Below, in pieces: positions 1 through 8,358 of a DNA stretch of 64,000 nt. The stretch comes from Hyphomonadaceae bacterium. Lineage in GTDB: Bacteria; Pseudomonadota; Alphaproteobacteria; Caulobacterales; Aquidulcibacteraceae. Location of the stretch: NCBI GenBank assembly GCA_014378995.1, contig JACMMP010000064.1, forward strand, positions 4,363 through 68,362, read 5' to 3'. Positions within the stretch are counted from its first letter, which is position 1; each line of letters begins with the position of its first letter. Position numbers and translations under genes: made by a program. The notes under the pieces were generated by a model. That model saw only the letters and a list, made by a program, of their open reading frames with translations. It did not search any database and was not told the origin of the DNA.

Positions 1-1145
1 TCCTGGTAGGTGCGCATTTCGGTGGTGACCTTGTCGAACAAGGTCGGGCCGACGAAGAAGCCGTCTTCGTAGCCTTGCAGCTTGAAGCCGCGGCCGTCGC
101 GCACGAGTTCTGCGCCCTCTTTCACGCCGAGTGCGATGTAATCTTCGATCTTGGCTTTATGCGCCGCGCTGACGACGGGGCCGTATTGGGCGCCCTCGTC
201 GGTCGAGATGCCGACTTTCATACGCTCGATCTCGGGGATCAGCCGTTCGCGCAATTCGTCGGCGGTGTTCTTGCCGACCGGCACGACAACAGGCAGCGCC
301 ATGCAGCGTTCGCCGGCGGAGCCATAGGCGGCGCCGACGAGGTCTTTAACGACTTGATCCATGTCGGCGTCGGGCAGCACGACGCCGTGATTCTTGGCCC
401 CGCCCATGGCTTGCACGCGCTTATGGTTGGCGGTGCCGTGGTTATAAATGTAATGGGCGATGTCGGACGAGCCGACGAAGCTGATCGCTCTGATCTCAGG
501 GTGCGCGATGATGGCGTCGACGGCTTCCTTGTCACCGTGCACGACGTTCAAAACGCCCACCGGGGCGCCGGCTTCAAGCATGAGCTCGGCGAGACGAACC
601 GGAACGCTTGGATCCTTTTCGCTGGGCTTCAGCACGAAAGTGTTGCCGCAGGCGATGGCGACGCCGAACATCCACATCGGGATCATGGCGGGGAAGTTGA
701 ACGGCGTGATGCCGGCGCATACTCCCAAAGGTTGCCGCATCGAATAAACATCGATGCCCGGGCCGGCGCCTTCGGTGTATTCGCCCTTCAGCGCATGCGG
801 GATGCCGCAGGCGAATTCGATGACTTCGAGGCCGCGCTGAATGTCGCCTTTGGAATCGGCGATGACCTTGCCGTGCTCGGACGAGAGCAAATGCGCCAGT
901 TCGTCCATATTGGCTTCGACGAGCTGTTTAAATGCGAACAGCACGCGGGCGCGGCGTTGCGGATTGGTGGCGGCCCAGGCGGGGAAAGCAGCGGCGGCGG
1001 CTTGCACCGCCGCATCCACGTCGCGGGCGGTGGAGAACGCGACTTCCGCTTGCTCGGCACCAGTGTTGGGGTTGTAAACGCGGCCAGCGCGCCCGCTTGA
1101 AGCGGACGCGCTTTTGCCATTAACGAAGTTACGGATCGCGCGCAT
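1..1145 (-). CDS. mmsA: CoA-acylating methylmalonate-semialdehyde dehydrogenase (3' end outside window)
   Basis: Not in ORF track because it runs off the edge. Manual translation from ATG 1145: MRAIRNFVNG...GITPFNFPAMIPMWMF...LKPSEKDP...ISFVGSS...QAMGGAKNH...GSAGERCMA, typical MMSDH motifs including the catalytic Cys. Confidence 0.93.
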   Translation of the reverse strand, partial: MRAIRNFVNGKSASASSGRAGRVYNPNTGAEQAEVAFSTARDVDAAVQAAAAAFPAWAATNPQRRARVLFAFKQLVEANMDELAHLLSSEHGKVIADSKGDIQRGLEVIEFACGIPHALKGEYTEGAGPGIDVYSMRQPLGVCAGITPFNFPAMIPMWMFGVAIACGNTFVLKPSEKDPSVPVRLAELMLEAGAPVGVLNVVHGDKEAVDAIIAHPEIRAISFVGSSDIAHYIYNHGTANHKRVQAMGGAKNHGVVLPDADMDQVVKDLVGAAYGSAGERCMALPVVVPVGKNTADELRERLIPEIERMKVGISTDEGAQYGPVVSAAHKAKIEDYIALGVKEGAELVRDGRGFKLQGYEDGFFVGPTLFDKVTTEMRTYQ

Positions 1146-1236
1146 CGGCGGAGCCTCCCAGGTTCGGATTTGCCGCTCTTATGGCGTCAAATTGGAACCC
1201 AGTAAATGCCGCGCCGAATGAGGCGCTCGCGACCCG

Positions 1237-1401
1237 TTAGCTTCTTCGCGCCATGCCCATAATGAGGGAAACGACGAAGAGCACGAGGAAGATAAAGAAC
1301 AGAATCTGCGCGATGCCCGCAGACGCCGAGGCGATGCCGCCGAAGCCGAAAATGGCCGCCACGATCGCGACAACGAAGAAAATCAGGGCCCAACTCAGCA
1401 T
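1237..1401 (-). CDS. DUF1328 family small membrane protein (54 aa)
   Basis: [46 protein letters not shown] pattern; GGAGG SD upstream of ATG 1401. Confidence 0.9.
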   Translation of the reverse strand: MLSWALIFFVVAIVAAIFGFGGIASASAGIAQILFFIFLVLFVVSLIMGMARRS

Positions 1402-1432
1402 TTGCGTCCTCCTGGAATACAGTTGGAATGAA

Positions 1433-1457
1433 AACGTGTGTTCCAGGCGCAAGTTCC
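1433..1457 (-). promoter_or_regulatory. sigma-EcfG (SigT) promoter for DUF1328 gene
   Basis: Minus strand GGAAC-ttgcgcctggaacaca-CGTT, an exact GGAAC-N16-CGTT consensus. Confidence 0.85.
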
Positions 1458-1464
1458 TTTTACC

Positions 1465-2097
1465 TCATGTGGGGTAGGTCCATCCGCGCTCACCTTTTCG
1501 TGCGGCCTCATATTGAGACTCGGCAAAACGCCAGTTGATCAGCGTGCTGAGGTACGCGTCGAGGAAGCGGCCGCGTTCGTTTTTGTAGTCGAGATAGTAA
1601 GCGTGCTCCCAGAGATCGCAGACGCTGAGCGGGATGACGCCGTCGTCGGCGATGGGCGTGTCGGCGTCGTGCAGATCGGTGAGCTGCACCGCGCCCGATT
1701 TGTCGGCGACCAGCCAGAGCCAGCCGGACGCAAAGTGCCCCTCGCCTTTGGCTTTGGCTTCCTGACGGAAGGTGGCGAGATCGCCGAACGCCTTTTCGAG
1801 CGCGCTGCGGAGTTCGCCTTGCGGCTCGCCTTGCGCTTGCGGCGAGAGGCAATTCCAGAAGAAACCGTGATTCCAGGCCTGGGCGGCGTTGTTGAAGAGC
1901 TTCTTGTCCTGCTCGCGCTTGGCGAGGCGCACGACATCTTCGAGCGACGCAGGCGCGTTGGGACGCTCTTTCAGAAACGCATTGGTCTTGTTGATGTAGG
2001 CGGCGTGATGCTTGCCGTGATGAGTGTTCAGCGTGTTGCTGGACATGTGCGGCTCGAGCGCGGCAGCGTCGAACGGCAGATCGATGAGTTTGAACAT
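1465..2097 (-). CDS. sodB: Fe-type superoxide dismutase
   Basis: HHGKHHAAY, FNNAAQAWNH (Gln typical of the Fe form), FASGWLW and DLWEHAYY motifs. Confidence 0.92.
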   Translation of the reverse strand: MFKLIDLPFDAAALEPHMSSNTLNTHHGKHHAAYINKTNAFLKERPNAPASLEDVVRLAKREQDKKLFNNAAQAWNHGFFWNCLSPQAQGEPQGELRSALEKAFGDLATFRQEAKAKGEGHFASGWLWLVADKSGAVQLTDLHDADTPIADDGVIPLSVCDLWEHAYYLDYKNERGRFLDAYLSTLINWRFAESQYEAARKGERGWTYPT

Positions 2098-2158
2098 GAG
2101 CGCCTCCTATGAAGAGGCATATAGCGAGACGCGCGCGGATTTCGAGCGCCCCCGCGCG

Positions 2159-2332
2159 TCAGGTTACGGATTGTCCCCTTAAGGCGCGCATGACGAAGCC
2201 GATCACGAGCAGCAGCAGGAAAACCAAGAACAGCACTTTGGCGATTCCCGCCGCCAATCCAGCGAAGGCGACGAATCCGAGATAGCCGGCCGCCAGCGCG
2301 AGTATGAAGAAGATCAGGGCCCAGCCTAACAT
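2159..2332 (-). CDS. DUF1328 family small membrane protein (57 aa), second paralogue
   Basis: MLGWALIFFILALAAGYLGFVAFAGLAAGIAKVLFLVFL; GGAG upstream of ATG 2332. Confidence 0.88.
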   Translation of the reverse strand: MLGWALIFFILALAAGYLGFVAFAGLAAGIAKVLFLVFLLLLVIGFVMRALRGQSVT

Positions 2333-2365
2333 CGTGATGCGCTCCAACGTTGCGATCCGGAGAGA

Positions 2366-2391
2366 AACACGCGGCCACAAGCGAAGGTTCC
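2366..2391 (-). promoter_or_regulatory. probable sigma-EcfG promoter
   Basis: Minus strand GGAAC-N18-GTT upstream of the second DUF1328 gene. Confidence 0.6.
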
Positions 2392-2398
2392 GTGCGCG

Positions 2399-4156
2399 TT
2401 AGGCCACCGGCTGTTGAGCGTGCGGCTCGCGCCGTGGCGGCGCCGCTTCTTCTTCGCGCAAAGGCGGCACGCTCACCCAAAGCATGAACGGCCGTTCCGC
2501 GTCACGGCCGATAGAGGCGCCGAGCTGGCGCGCGAATGCTTCGATCAAACGCGAGCCTGGGCTCGGCGCGGCGCTACCCGTGCTGGCGGCGACCGCATCG
2601 ACGGCCAGACGCACGGCGCCGTCCTCGTCCTGATGCAGGAAAAGCGAAAGATCGACTGGCCCGACGTCACTGAGCGCGTCAAGCGCTGTCGAGACGCCCT
2701 CGCCGATCAGAAATGAGAGCGGCACGGCGCGATCCACGGACGCACGCGCCGGCTCCAGCCGCAGCAAGAGGTTAACGTCCTTGGCCTGCGCGCCGCGTGA
2801 CTGCACCAGCTGGCGCGCGATCTCGGCGGCGAGATCGTCCACCCGGAGTTCGCGCACTTCGCCCGACGCGTAGATGCGCTGGTGCACCAGAGCGAGCAAT
2901 TGGACGCGGTCATGCGCGCGGGCGAGGCCCCAGGCTTCGCTATCGTCGCGGGCGTTGCGCGCCTGGATGTTCAGCAGGCTGGCGACCATTTGCAGATTGT
3001 TCTTCACGCGATGATGCACTTCGCGCAGCAGCGCGCGCTCTTCGGAGAGCGCCTCCACCAGACGCTGCTCGCGCCCGCGGAGCGTTTTCGCCATGGCCGC
3101 CAGTGTGCGGCGGAGCGAGCGGATTTCCTCGGGCGCGTTGCGCAGCGAGGGCGGATCCTCCGTGTCGTCGCCGCCGCGCGCGAGGTTGCGGGCAGCGGCT
3201 TCCACGGTGGAGAGCGGGCGGGCGACGAAGACTTCGATCGCAAACCAACCGGCTGCGACGGCTAGCATCCAGATTAGGAGAGGCGCCGCGAGCGAAAACA
3301 CGATCTGCCCCCAGCGGCGCCAGGCCGGCTGGTCCGACGGCCAGGACATCACGATGTAGAGGTCGGGCGCGTGCAACGGCACGATCACCGCCGCGCCATT
3401 GTCAACGCGAACGAAGCCCGGATCGGGGCCCAGGTGACTGAGTATCTGGTGCGCAAGCGGAAGGCCGACCTCCGCCCCGGCGGGCCTTTGCGTCGATTGC
3501 GCGATGATGCTCCCATTCGCATCGACGATCGCCGCGCGCGCACGATCGAGGGCGCGGCCCCGATCGAGCAACTCGCGCAGCTGTGCGACCGTGATCGAGG
3601 CGCCGACAAAGCCGACGCGCCGGGAACCGACACGTATAGGCTCAAGTGCGGCGAGCGCCGGCTCGCCGGTAATGCCGTCGCTTGCCACGTACCCCATGGT
3701 GAAGGCGTCACGCTCACTGGCGATGTCATTCACGTCCGCAGGCGGCGTGCGCAGACCAGGGAGCGCCTCCGGAAAGCTGCAACGCACCGTGCGGTTATTA
3801 TCTTTCACCCAAATGGACGCGACATAGGGGTAGCGCGCGACGACGTCGCCGAGCCATTCGCGGCAATCGCCCGCTTCGATCTGCGAGAGCGAAGGTGTGG
3901 TCGCCAACACACGCAGCATTTCGCGCACTTCGTCGATTGCGCCTTTTTCAACTGAAACCGATTGCAACGCTTGGCGGCTCAGTGATTCTTCATAAGCCGA
4001 CTGGCGCACGGCGACGCCGTTGAGCCCCACTTGCATCGCGATGGCGCCGGCCGGGAGCATCGCCAGCCCGAGCAATAAAGCCATGCGCCCGCGCATTGAC
4101 CGCAAGGAAAACGCGCGAGGCCAGCTTAGAATTTTCCGGATTCCGCGCGCGTTCAC
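2399..4156 (-). CDS. phyK: Membrane sensor histidine kinase, HisKA_2 type (Cache-like + HAMP), PhyK-like, with degenerate ATPase domain
   Basis: Two TM segments, HAMP, H-box EVHHRVKNNLQ; overlaps the ecfG stop by 4 nt. Confidence 0.75.
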   Translation of the reverse strand: MNARGIRKILSWPRAFSLRSMRGRMALLLGLAMLPAGAIAMQVGLNGVAVRQSAYEESLSRQALQSVSVEKGAIDEVREMLRVLATTPSLSQIEAGDCREWLGDVVARYPYVASIWVKDNNRTVRCSFPEALPGLRTPPADVNDIASERDAFTMGYVASDGITGEPALAALEPIRVGSRRVGFVGASITVAQLRELLDRGRALDRARAAIVDANGSIIAQSTQRPAGAEVGLPLAHQILSHLGPDPGFVRVDNGAAVIVPLHAPDLYIVMSWPSDQPAWRRWGQIVFSLAAPLLIWMLAVAAGWFAIEVFVARPLSTVEAAARNLARGGDDTEDPPSLRNAPEEIRSLRRTLAAMAKTLRGREQRLVEALSEERALLREVHHRVKNNLQMVASLLNIQARNARDDSEAWGLARAHDRVQLLALVHQRIYASGEVRELRVDDLAAEIARQLVQSRGAQAKDVNLLLRLEPARASVDRAVPLSFLIGEGVSTALDALSDVGPVDLSLFLHQDEDGAVRLAVDAVAASTGSAAPSPGSRLIEAFARQLGASIGRDAERPFMLWVSVPPLREEEAAPPRREPHAQQPVA

Positions 4157-4698
4157 ACGCTAGCCGTGTCCTCGATCATCCGCCCTTCACTTGGAATGGG
4201 CTGGCCATCTTCGTCAAGTCCGAGCAGGTCCGCGAGCTTGCGGCGCGCGCGATTGACGCGGCTCTTAATCGTGCCGACCGCGCAGCCGCAAATGTTCGCC
4301 GCTTCTTCGTATGAGCATCCAGAGGCGCCTACGAGAGTCAACACTTCGCGGTGATCGGGCGCAAGCTGGCCGAATGCGACTTTGAAGTCCTCGAGATCGA
4401 CAGAACCATCCTGCTCCGGGCGCACTGCGAGACGCGCGGCGAACTTGCCGTCTGCATCTTCCACTTCCCGCTTGAGCTTGCGCAGCTGCGAGTAATAGTG
4501 GTTACGCAGGATCGTGAACAACCAAGCGCGGAGATTCGTCCCCGGTTCGAACCGCTCGACGTTGGCAAGCGCTTTGACGAGCGTGTCCTGCACCAGATCG
4601 TCGGCTTGAGCCGAATTGTGGGCCAGCGAACGCGCGAACGCACGCAAACTGGGCAATAGCTCGATGAGCTCCGCCTTGAAGGCGCCCTGGGCGTTCAC
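4153..4698 (-). CDS. ecfG: ECF sigma factor of the general stress response (ECF15)
   Basis: LPSLRAFARSL, ADDLVQDTL, FEPGTNLRAWLFTILRN, SYEEAA..CGCAVGTIKSRVNRAR; synteny with nepR/phyR. Confidence 0.93.
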   Translation of the reverse strand: MNAQGAFKAELIELLPSLRAFARSLAHNSAQADDLVQDTLVKALANVERFEPGTNLRAWLFTILRNHYYSQLRKLKREVEDADGKFAARLAVRPEQDGSVDLEDFKVAFGQLAPDHREVLTLVGASGCSYEEAANICGCAVGTIKSRVNRARRKLADLLGLDEDGQPIPSEGRMIEDTASV

Positions 4699-4916
4699 GA
4701 TTTTTTGTCCTCGGCAGTATCGAGGTTCGACAGAATGTCGAGCAGCCGCTTTGGCACCGCCTCACCCGCTACTTGCCCGTAAGCAAGCTTCAGGTTGCGC
4801 GTGATGAGCGCTTTATGGGTCGCAGAGGCTGGCCGAGACTTCCCGTATGACGCGGAACCATCTTGCGGCGGCGCTTTCTTGCTCACGAGCGCTTCCATTT
4901 CTTCTTTCCGTGCCAT
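4695..4916 (-). CDS. nepR: Anti-sigma factor NepR
   Basis: C-terminal ITRNLKLAYGQVAGEAVPKRLLDILSNL NepR core; overlaps the ecfG start. Start codon uncertain. Confidence 0.85.
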   Translation of the reverse strand: MARKEEMEALVSKKAPPQDGSASYGKSRPASATHKALITRNLKLAYGQVAGEAVPKRLLDILSNLDTAEDKKS

Positions 4917-4981
4917 AATGCCAATCAAGCCCCCGCTGGACCAGTCAAGAAGACCCACGGCGGCTCTCCCTCGGCGCACTC

Positions 4982-5006
4982 AACGTTCCCGATCACATCC
5001 TGTTCC
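4982..5006 (-). promoter_or_regulatory. sigma-EcfG promoter for nepR-ecfG-phyK
   Basis: Minus strand GGAAC-aggatgtgatcgggaa-CGTT (N16). Confidence 0.88.
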
Positions 5007-5014
5007 GGCCGGCT

Positions 5015-5039
5015 GGAACATTTTTTCAGTGAAAGCGTT
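5015..5039 (+). promoter_or_regulatory. sigma-EcfG promoter for phyR
   Basis: GGAAC-attttttcagtgaaag-CGTT (N16), back-to-back with the nepR promoter. Confidence 0.88.
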
Positions 5040-5123
5040 CTTTCGCATTGATCGGGACGGGAGGACCTAATGCATACCGAGGCCGCTTCTCCGAAAAAAT
5101 TTAATGAAAACAAGGGGTCATAT

Positions 5124-5918
5124 ATGACGCTTGCTCGGGAAATCGCGCCTCACCTGCCGCTTTTGCGCCGTTACGCGCGCGCGCTGACGGGCGCTCAAGA
5201 AAGTGGGGACGCTTTTGTTGTCGCGGCGCTGGAGGCTATTGTCGCGCGGCCTGAAGAATTTCCGCGCGAAATGGATCCGCGCGCCGGGCTCTATCGGGTC
5301 TTCCACAAGATTTGGGAGAGCGGCAACGTTGAGCTGAATGGCCATTCCACCGAGGAATCGCTTGGCGCTCGCAAAGCTCATGAACGCTTGCGCTCGCTCG
5401 CGCCGCTTAGCCGCCAAGCCTTGCTGCTGACCACGCTCGAAAATTTTACCACGCAAGAAACAGGCGAAATTCTTGGCCGCTCACCCGATGACGTGAGCGC
5501 GTTGCTCGATGACGCGCTGGATTCGCTCGATAAGCAAACCAAAGCACGCATCCTCATCATTGAAGACGAAGCCGTTATCGCGATGGATTTGAGCGATCTG
5601 GTCACCGCCGCCGGACACACTGTCTGCGGCGTGGAATCGACAGCGTCCGGCGCAGTGGAAGCAGCAAATCGCGAGCTTCCCGACTTGGTGCTTGCCGATA
5701 TTCAGTTGGCGGACGGCTCGTCCGGCATCGACGCCGTGCGCGACATCCTCTCCTCGTTCGAAGTTCCGGTGATTTTCATTACGGCGTTTCCTGACCGACT
5801 GCTCACCGGCGAGCGTCCCGAGCCTACGTTCTTGATCACCAAGCCGTATTCGCCGGACATGGTGCGCGCGGCGGTGAGCCAAGCGCTCTTCTTCGAAAGC
5901 ACTGGAAACCTGAACTGA
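5124..5918 (+). CDS. phyR: Anti-anti-sigma response regulator PhyR
   Basis: N-terminal sigma-like LPLLRRYARALTG, C-terminal receiver ILIIEDE...DIQLADGSSG...FITAFPDRLLTGERPEPTFLITKP. Confidence 0.95.
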   Translation: MTLAREIAPHLPLLRRYARALTGAQESGDAFVVAALEAIVARPEEFPREMDPRAGLYRVFHKIWESGNVELNGHSTEESLGARKAHERLRSLAPLSRQALLLTTLENFTTQETGEILGRSPDDVSALLDDALDSLDKQTKARILIIEDEAVIAMDLSDLVTAAGHTVCGVESTASGAVEAANRELPDLVLADIQLADGSSGIDAVRDILSSFEVPVIFITAFPDRLLTGERPEPTFLITKPYSPDMVRAAVSQALFFESTGNLN

Positions 5919-5930
5919 TGTGACGGCGTT
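5905..5930 (+). promoter_or_regulatory. probable sigma-EcfG promoter for entericidin gene
   Basis: GAAAC-N17-CGTT overlapping the phyR stop. Confidence 0.6.
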
Positions 5931-5975
5931 TCCATTACTGGCGCCGGCTGGGCTGGCGCGGCAATGGAGAACGCA

Positions 5976-6143
5976 ATGACGAAGAAAATCACCGCCCCGC
6001 TGGTCGCCCTCGCGGCTTTTAGCGCGTTTGCTCTGGGCGCCTGCAATACGGTTGAAGGTGTCGGCGAGGACGTGCAAACGGCGGGCGAGACCATCGAAGA
6101 AACGGCAAAGCAGACCAACGACGGCAATCCGCGCACGCCGTAA
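5976..6143 (+). CDS. Entericidin A/B family lipoprotein (55 aa)
   Basis: Below the ORF-track cutoff. MTKKITAPLVALAAFSAFALGA-CNTVEGVGEDVQTAGETIEETA: lipobox LGAC and the CNTxxGxGxD signature; GGAG SD. Confidence 0.9.
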   Translation: MTKKITAPLVALAAFSAFALGACNTVEGVGEDVQTAGETIEETAKQTNDGNPRTP

Positions 6144-6220
6144 TGCAGGCACCCCGGAGGCGGGGTGCGGCATCGCGGCGAATGACACTTCACCGCAACA
6201 CCGACAAAAAGGCTCGCATC

Positions 6221-6709
6221 ATGCGAGCCTTTTTACTTGCCGTTTCCGCCGCAGCGCTTGCCGCTTGCGGCGAAACTGAGCCCGCTCAGACGGTCGTCGC
6301 CGAACAGGCGCAAGCTGCGGTGCTGGAGGTACGCGACGCCTGGGCGGCGCCAACGCCGGGCGGCGTTGAAGTTGCGGCCGGTTACATGACCATCGTCAAC
6401 GCCGCCGCAATCGATGATCGATTGGTGGCGATCGCCACACCGCGCGCCCAGCGCGCGGAGGCGCACGAGATGAGCATGGATGGCGACGTAATGCGCATGC
6501 GCGCCGTCGAAGGCGGCCTAGCGGTTGGCGCGGGCGAGACAGCGACGCTGGCGCCGGGCGGCATGCACGTTATGTTTTACGGAGTGACGCAGCCCTTCAT
6601 GGAAGGCGAATCCATCCCGGTGACGCTCACGTTCGAGCGCGCCGGTGAGATCGCCATTGAGATGCCGGTGCGCCGCGTAGCCGCCGCTGCGGACCATAGC
6701 GGCCATTAG
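6221..6709 (+). CDS. Periplasmic copper chaperone PCu(A)C, lipoprotein
   Basis: Lipobox LAAC; AAGYMTI, HEMSMDGDVMRM, LAPGGMHVM copper-binding motif. Confidence 0.9.
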   Translation: MRAFLLAVSAAALAACGETEPAQTVVAEQAQAAVLEVRDAWAAPTPGGVEVAAGYMTIVNAAAIDDRLVAIATPRAQRAEAHEMSMDGDVMRMRAVEGGLAVGAGETATLAPGGMHVMFYGVTQPFMEGESIPVTLTFERAGEIAIEMPVRRVAAAADHSGH

Positions 6710-6714
6710 CGCGC

Positions 6715-7707
6715 TTACGCGCGCCGTTCACCCCAGCCGCCGCGCGGCGCGGTCATGCGCCCGTCCCGGAAGATCATGCCATGCTCGCGATCTTGGGCCA
6801 GCCACCACGGCCCGTCGAGATCGACGAACGCTGCGCCGTCGGCGAACAACAGCGCCGGCGCCACGCCGAGAGACGTGGACACCATGCAGCCGACCATAAC
6901 GGTGAGGCCAAGTTCGCGCGCGCGCTGACGCATCGCCAGCGCTTCGGTAAAGCCGCCGGTCTTGTCGAGCTTGATGTTCACCGCCTGATAGAGCCGGGCG
7001 ACGCGATCGAGATCGGCGCTGGTATGCGCCGATTCATCGGCACAGATCGGCACGGGCGAGCGCAAATTTTCCAAAGCAGCATCTTCGGCAGCGGGAATGG
7101 GCTGCTCGATCAGATCGACTCGCAGCGCCGCCAGCCGCGGCAACAGCTCAATCAAGAGCTGCGGCGTCCAGCTTTCGTTTGGATCGACGATCAGACGCGC
7201 GCCCGGCGCAGCGTTGCGCACCGCCTCAACTATCGCCAGCGGATCGTTCGCATCGACCTTCACTTTGATGAGCGGCGACGCGGACATCGCGCCGGCGGCT
7301 TCGGCCATGCGGACGGGTGCGTCGAGCGAGACAGTGACGGCGGTTATGATTTCACCCGGCGTGGGAAGCCCCGCCAGCTCGGCCACGCTCCGCCCGCTCT
7401 GCTGCGCTTCGAGATCCCATAGCGCGCAATCGACGGCGTTACGCGCTGCGCCCGCCGACAACGCCGGCTGCAAGTCGGCGCGGGTGAGGCCACTCTCCAT
7501 CGCGCTAGAGATCGAGGCGATTTGCGCCAGCACGCTGTCGACGCTTTCGCCATAACGCGCGTATGGCACGGATTCGCCGCGGCCAATGTGGCCGCCGTCG
7601 CGGAGTTCGACAACGACAACATCAGCCGCGGTCTTCACCCCACGTGAGATGCGAAATGGCCGGCTTAGCGGCCAGCGTTCAGTGCGTGCGTTAAGCCGGC
7701 GAAGCAT
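6715..7707 (-). CDS. L-Ala-D/L-Glu epimerase / dipeptide epimerase (enolase superfamily)
   Basis: FRISRGVKT, KVK, DPNE, IEQP, CADES, NIKLDKTGG, GCM, DLDGP motifs. Confidence 0.88.
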   Translation of the reverse strand: MLRRLNARTERWPLSRPFRISRGVKTAADVVVVELRDGGHIGRGESVPYARYGESVDSVLAQIASISSAMESGLTRADLQPALSAGAARNAVDCALWDLEAQQSGRSVAELAGLPTPGEIITAVTVSLDAPVRMAEAAGAMSASPLIKVKVDANDPLAIVEAVRNAAPGARLIVDPNESWTPQLLIELLPRLAALRVDLIEQPIPAAEDAALENLRSPVPICADESAHTSADLDRVARLYQAVNIKLDKTGGFTEALAMRQRARELGLTVMVGCMVSTSLGVAPALLFADGAAFVDLDGPWWLAQDREHGMIFRDGRMTAPRGGWGERRA

Positions 7708-7771
7708 GCGCGCACCACGTTAGGCCGTATGCACGGAAACACAATCGCAGTGCAGCGGCGGCGCGTCTCGC

Positions 7772-8257
7772 TTAGAACGCTTCGTCGAGCGGCAGTGCGG
7801 TCGTGTCCTTTAGATGCTCCAGCACGATAGAGCTTTCCATGTGGGCGATGGCGGCGCAACGGAGCAGCTTCGATTGCACGATCTGCTGAAAGTGTGGCAG
7901 GTCGCGCGCGACGATCTTCAAGAGATAGTCCGCCTCCCCCGTCAGCATGACGCAGAGCGTCACTTCGTTCATGCGCGTGACCAAGTCGCGGAAGGCTTTG
8001 ACGCTGGCGGCGGCGTGATCCTTCAGCCGCACGCGGATAATGGCCGAACAGGTGAGGCCGACCTGCTCTGGGTTGACGAGACCGACGACGGCGCGCAGCA
8101 CGCCGGATTCTTTCAAGCGGCTGAGGCGCCGGGAGACGAGGCTGGGCGAGACGCCGGCCTGCTCGGCCAATTCCGCTTGCGAAACGGAAGCGTCGCGCTG
8201 CACCGCGCGGAGCAGCCGCTGATCGGCTTCGTCAAGCTCTACCACTGCACGTTTCAT
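7772..8257 (-). CDS. Lrp/AsnC family transcriptional regulator
   Basis: LDEAD..LL..QRDASVSQAELAEQAGVS HTH; TGEADYLLKIV C-terminal domain. Confidence 0.92.
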   Translation of the reverse strand: MKRAVVELDEADQRLLRAVQRDASVSQAELAEQAGVSPSLVSRRLSRLKESGVLRAVVGLVNPEQVGLTCSAIIRVRLKDHAAASVKAFRDLVTRMNEVTLCVMLTGEADYLLKIVARDLPHFQQIVQSKLLRCAAIAHMESSIVLEHLKDTTALPLDEAF

Positions 8258-8358
8258 GCGGATGCTGCGTTATCTTTGCATGCTTCACGCCGTATCAGGC
8301 GTCTGACCGCGCCAAATATCACGGAAATTGCGCTGCGGCGCTAGTATTATCTCGGACC

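Noticed and set aside
75-1100. 341-aa plus-strand ORF
   Set aside because: Antisense shadow of mmsA, whose motifs are clear on the minus strand. The same applies to other long shadow ORFs (13775-14851, 20721-21896, 34374-35402, 35593-36669, 44038-45246), which are expected in high-GC DNA.
6149-6168. Hairpin GCACCCCG-gagg-CGGGGTGC after the entericidin gene
   Set aside because: No U tract and no similarity to the repeat families; too weak to call as a terminator.
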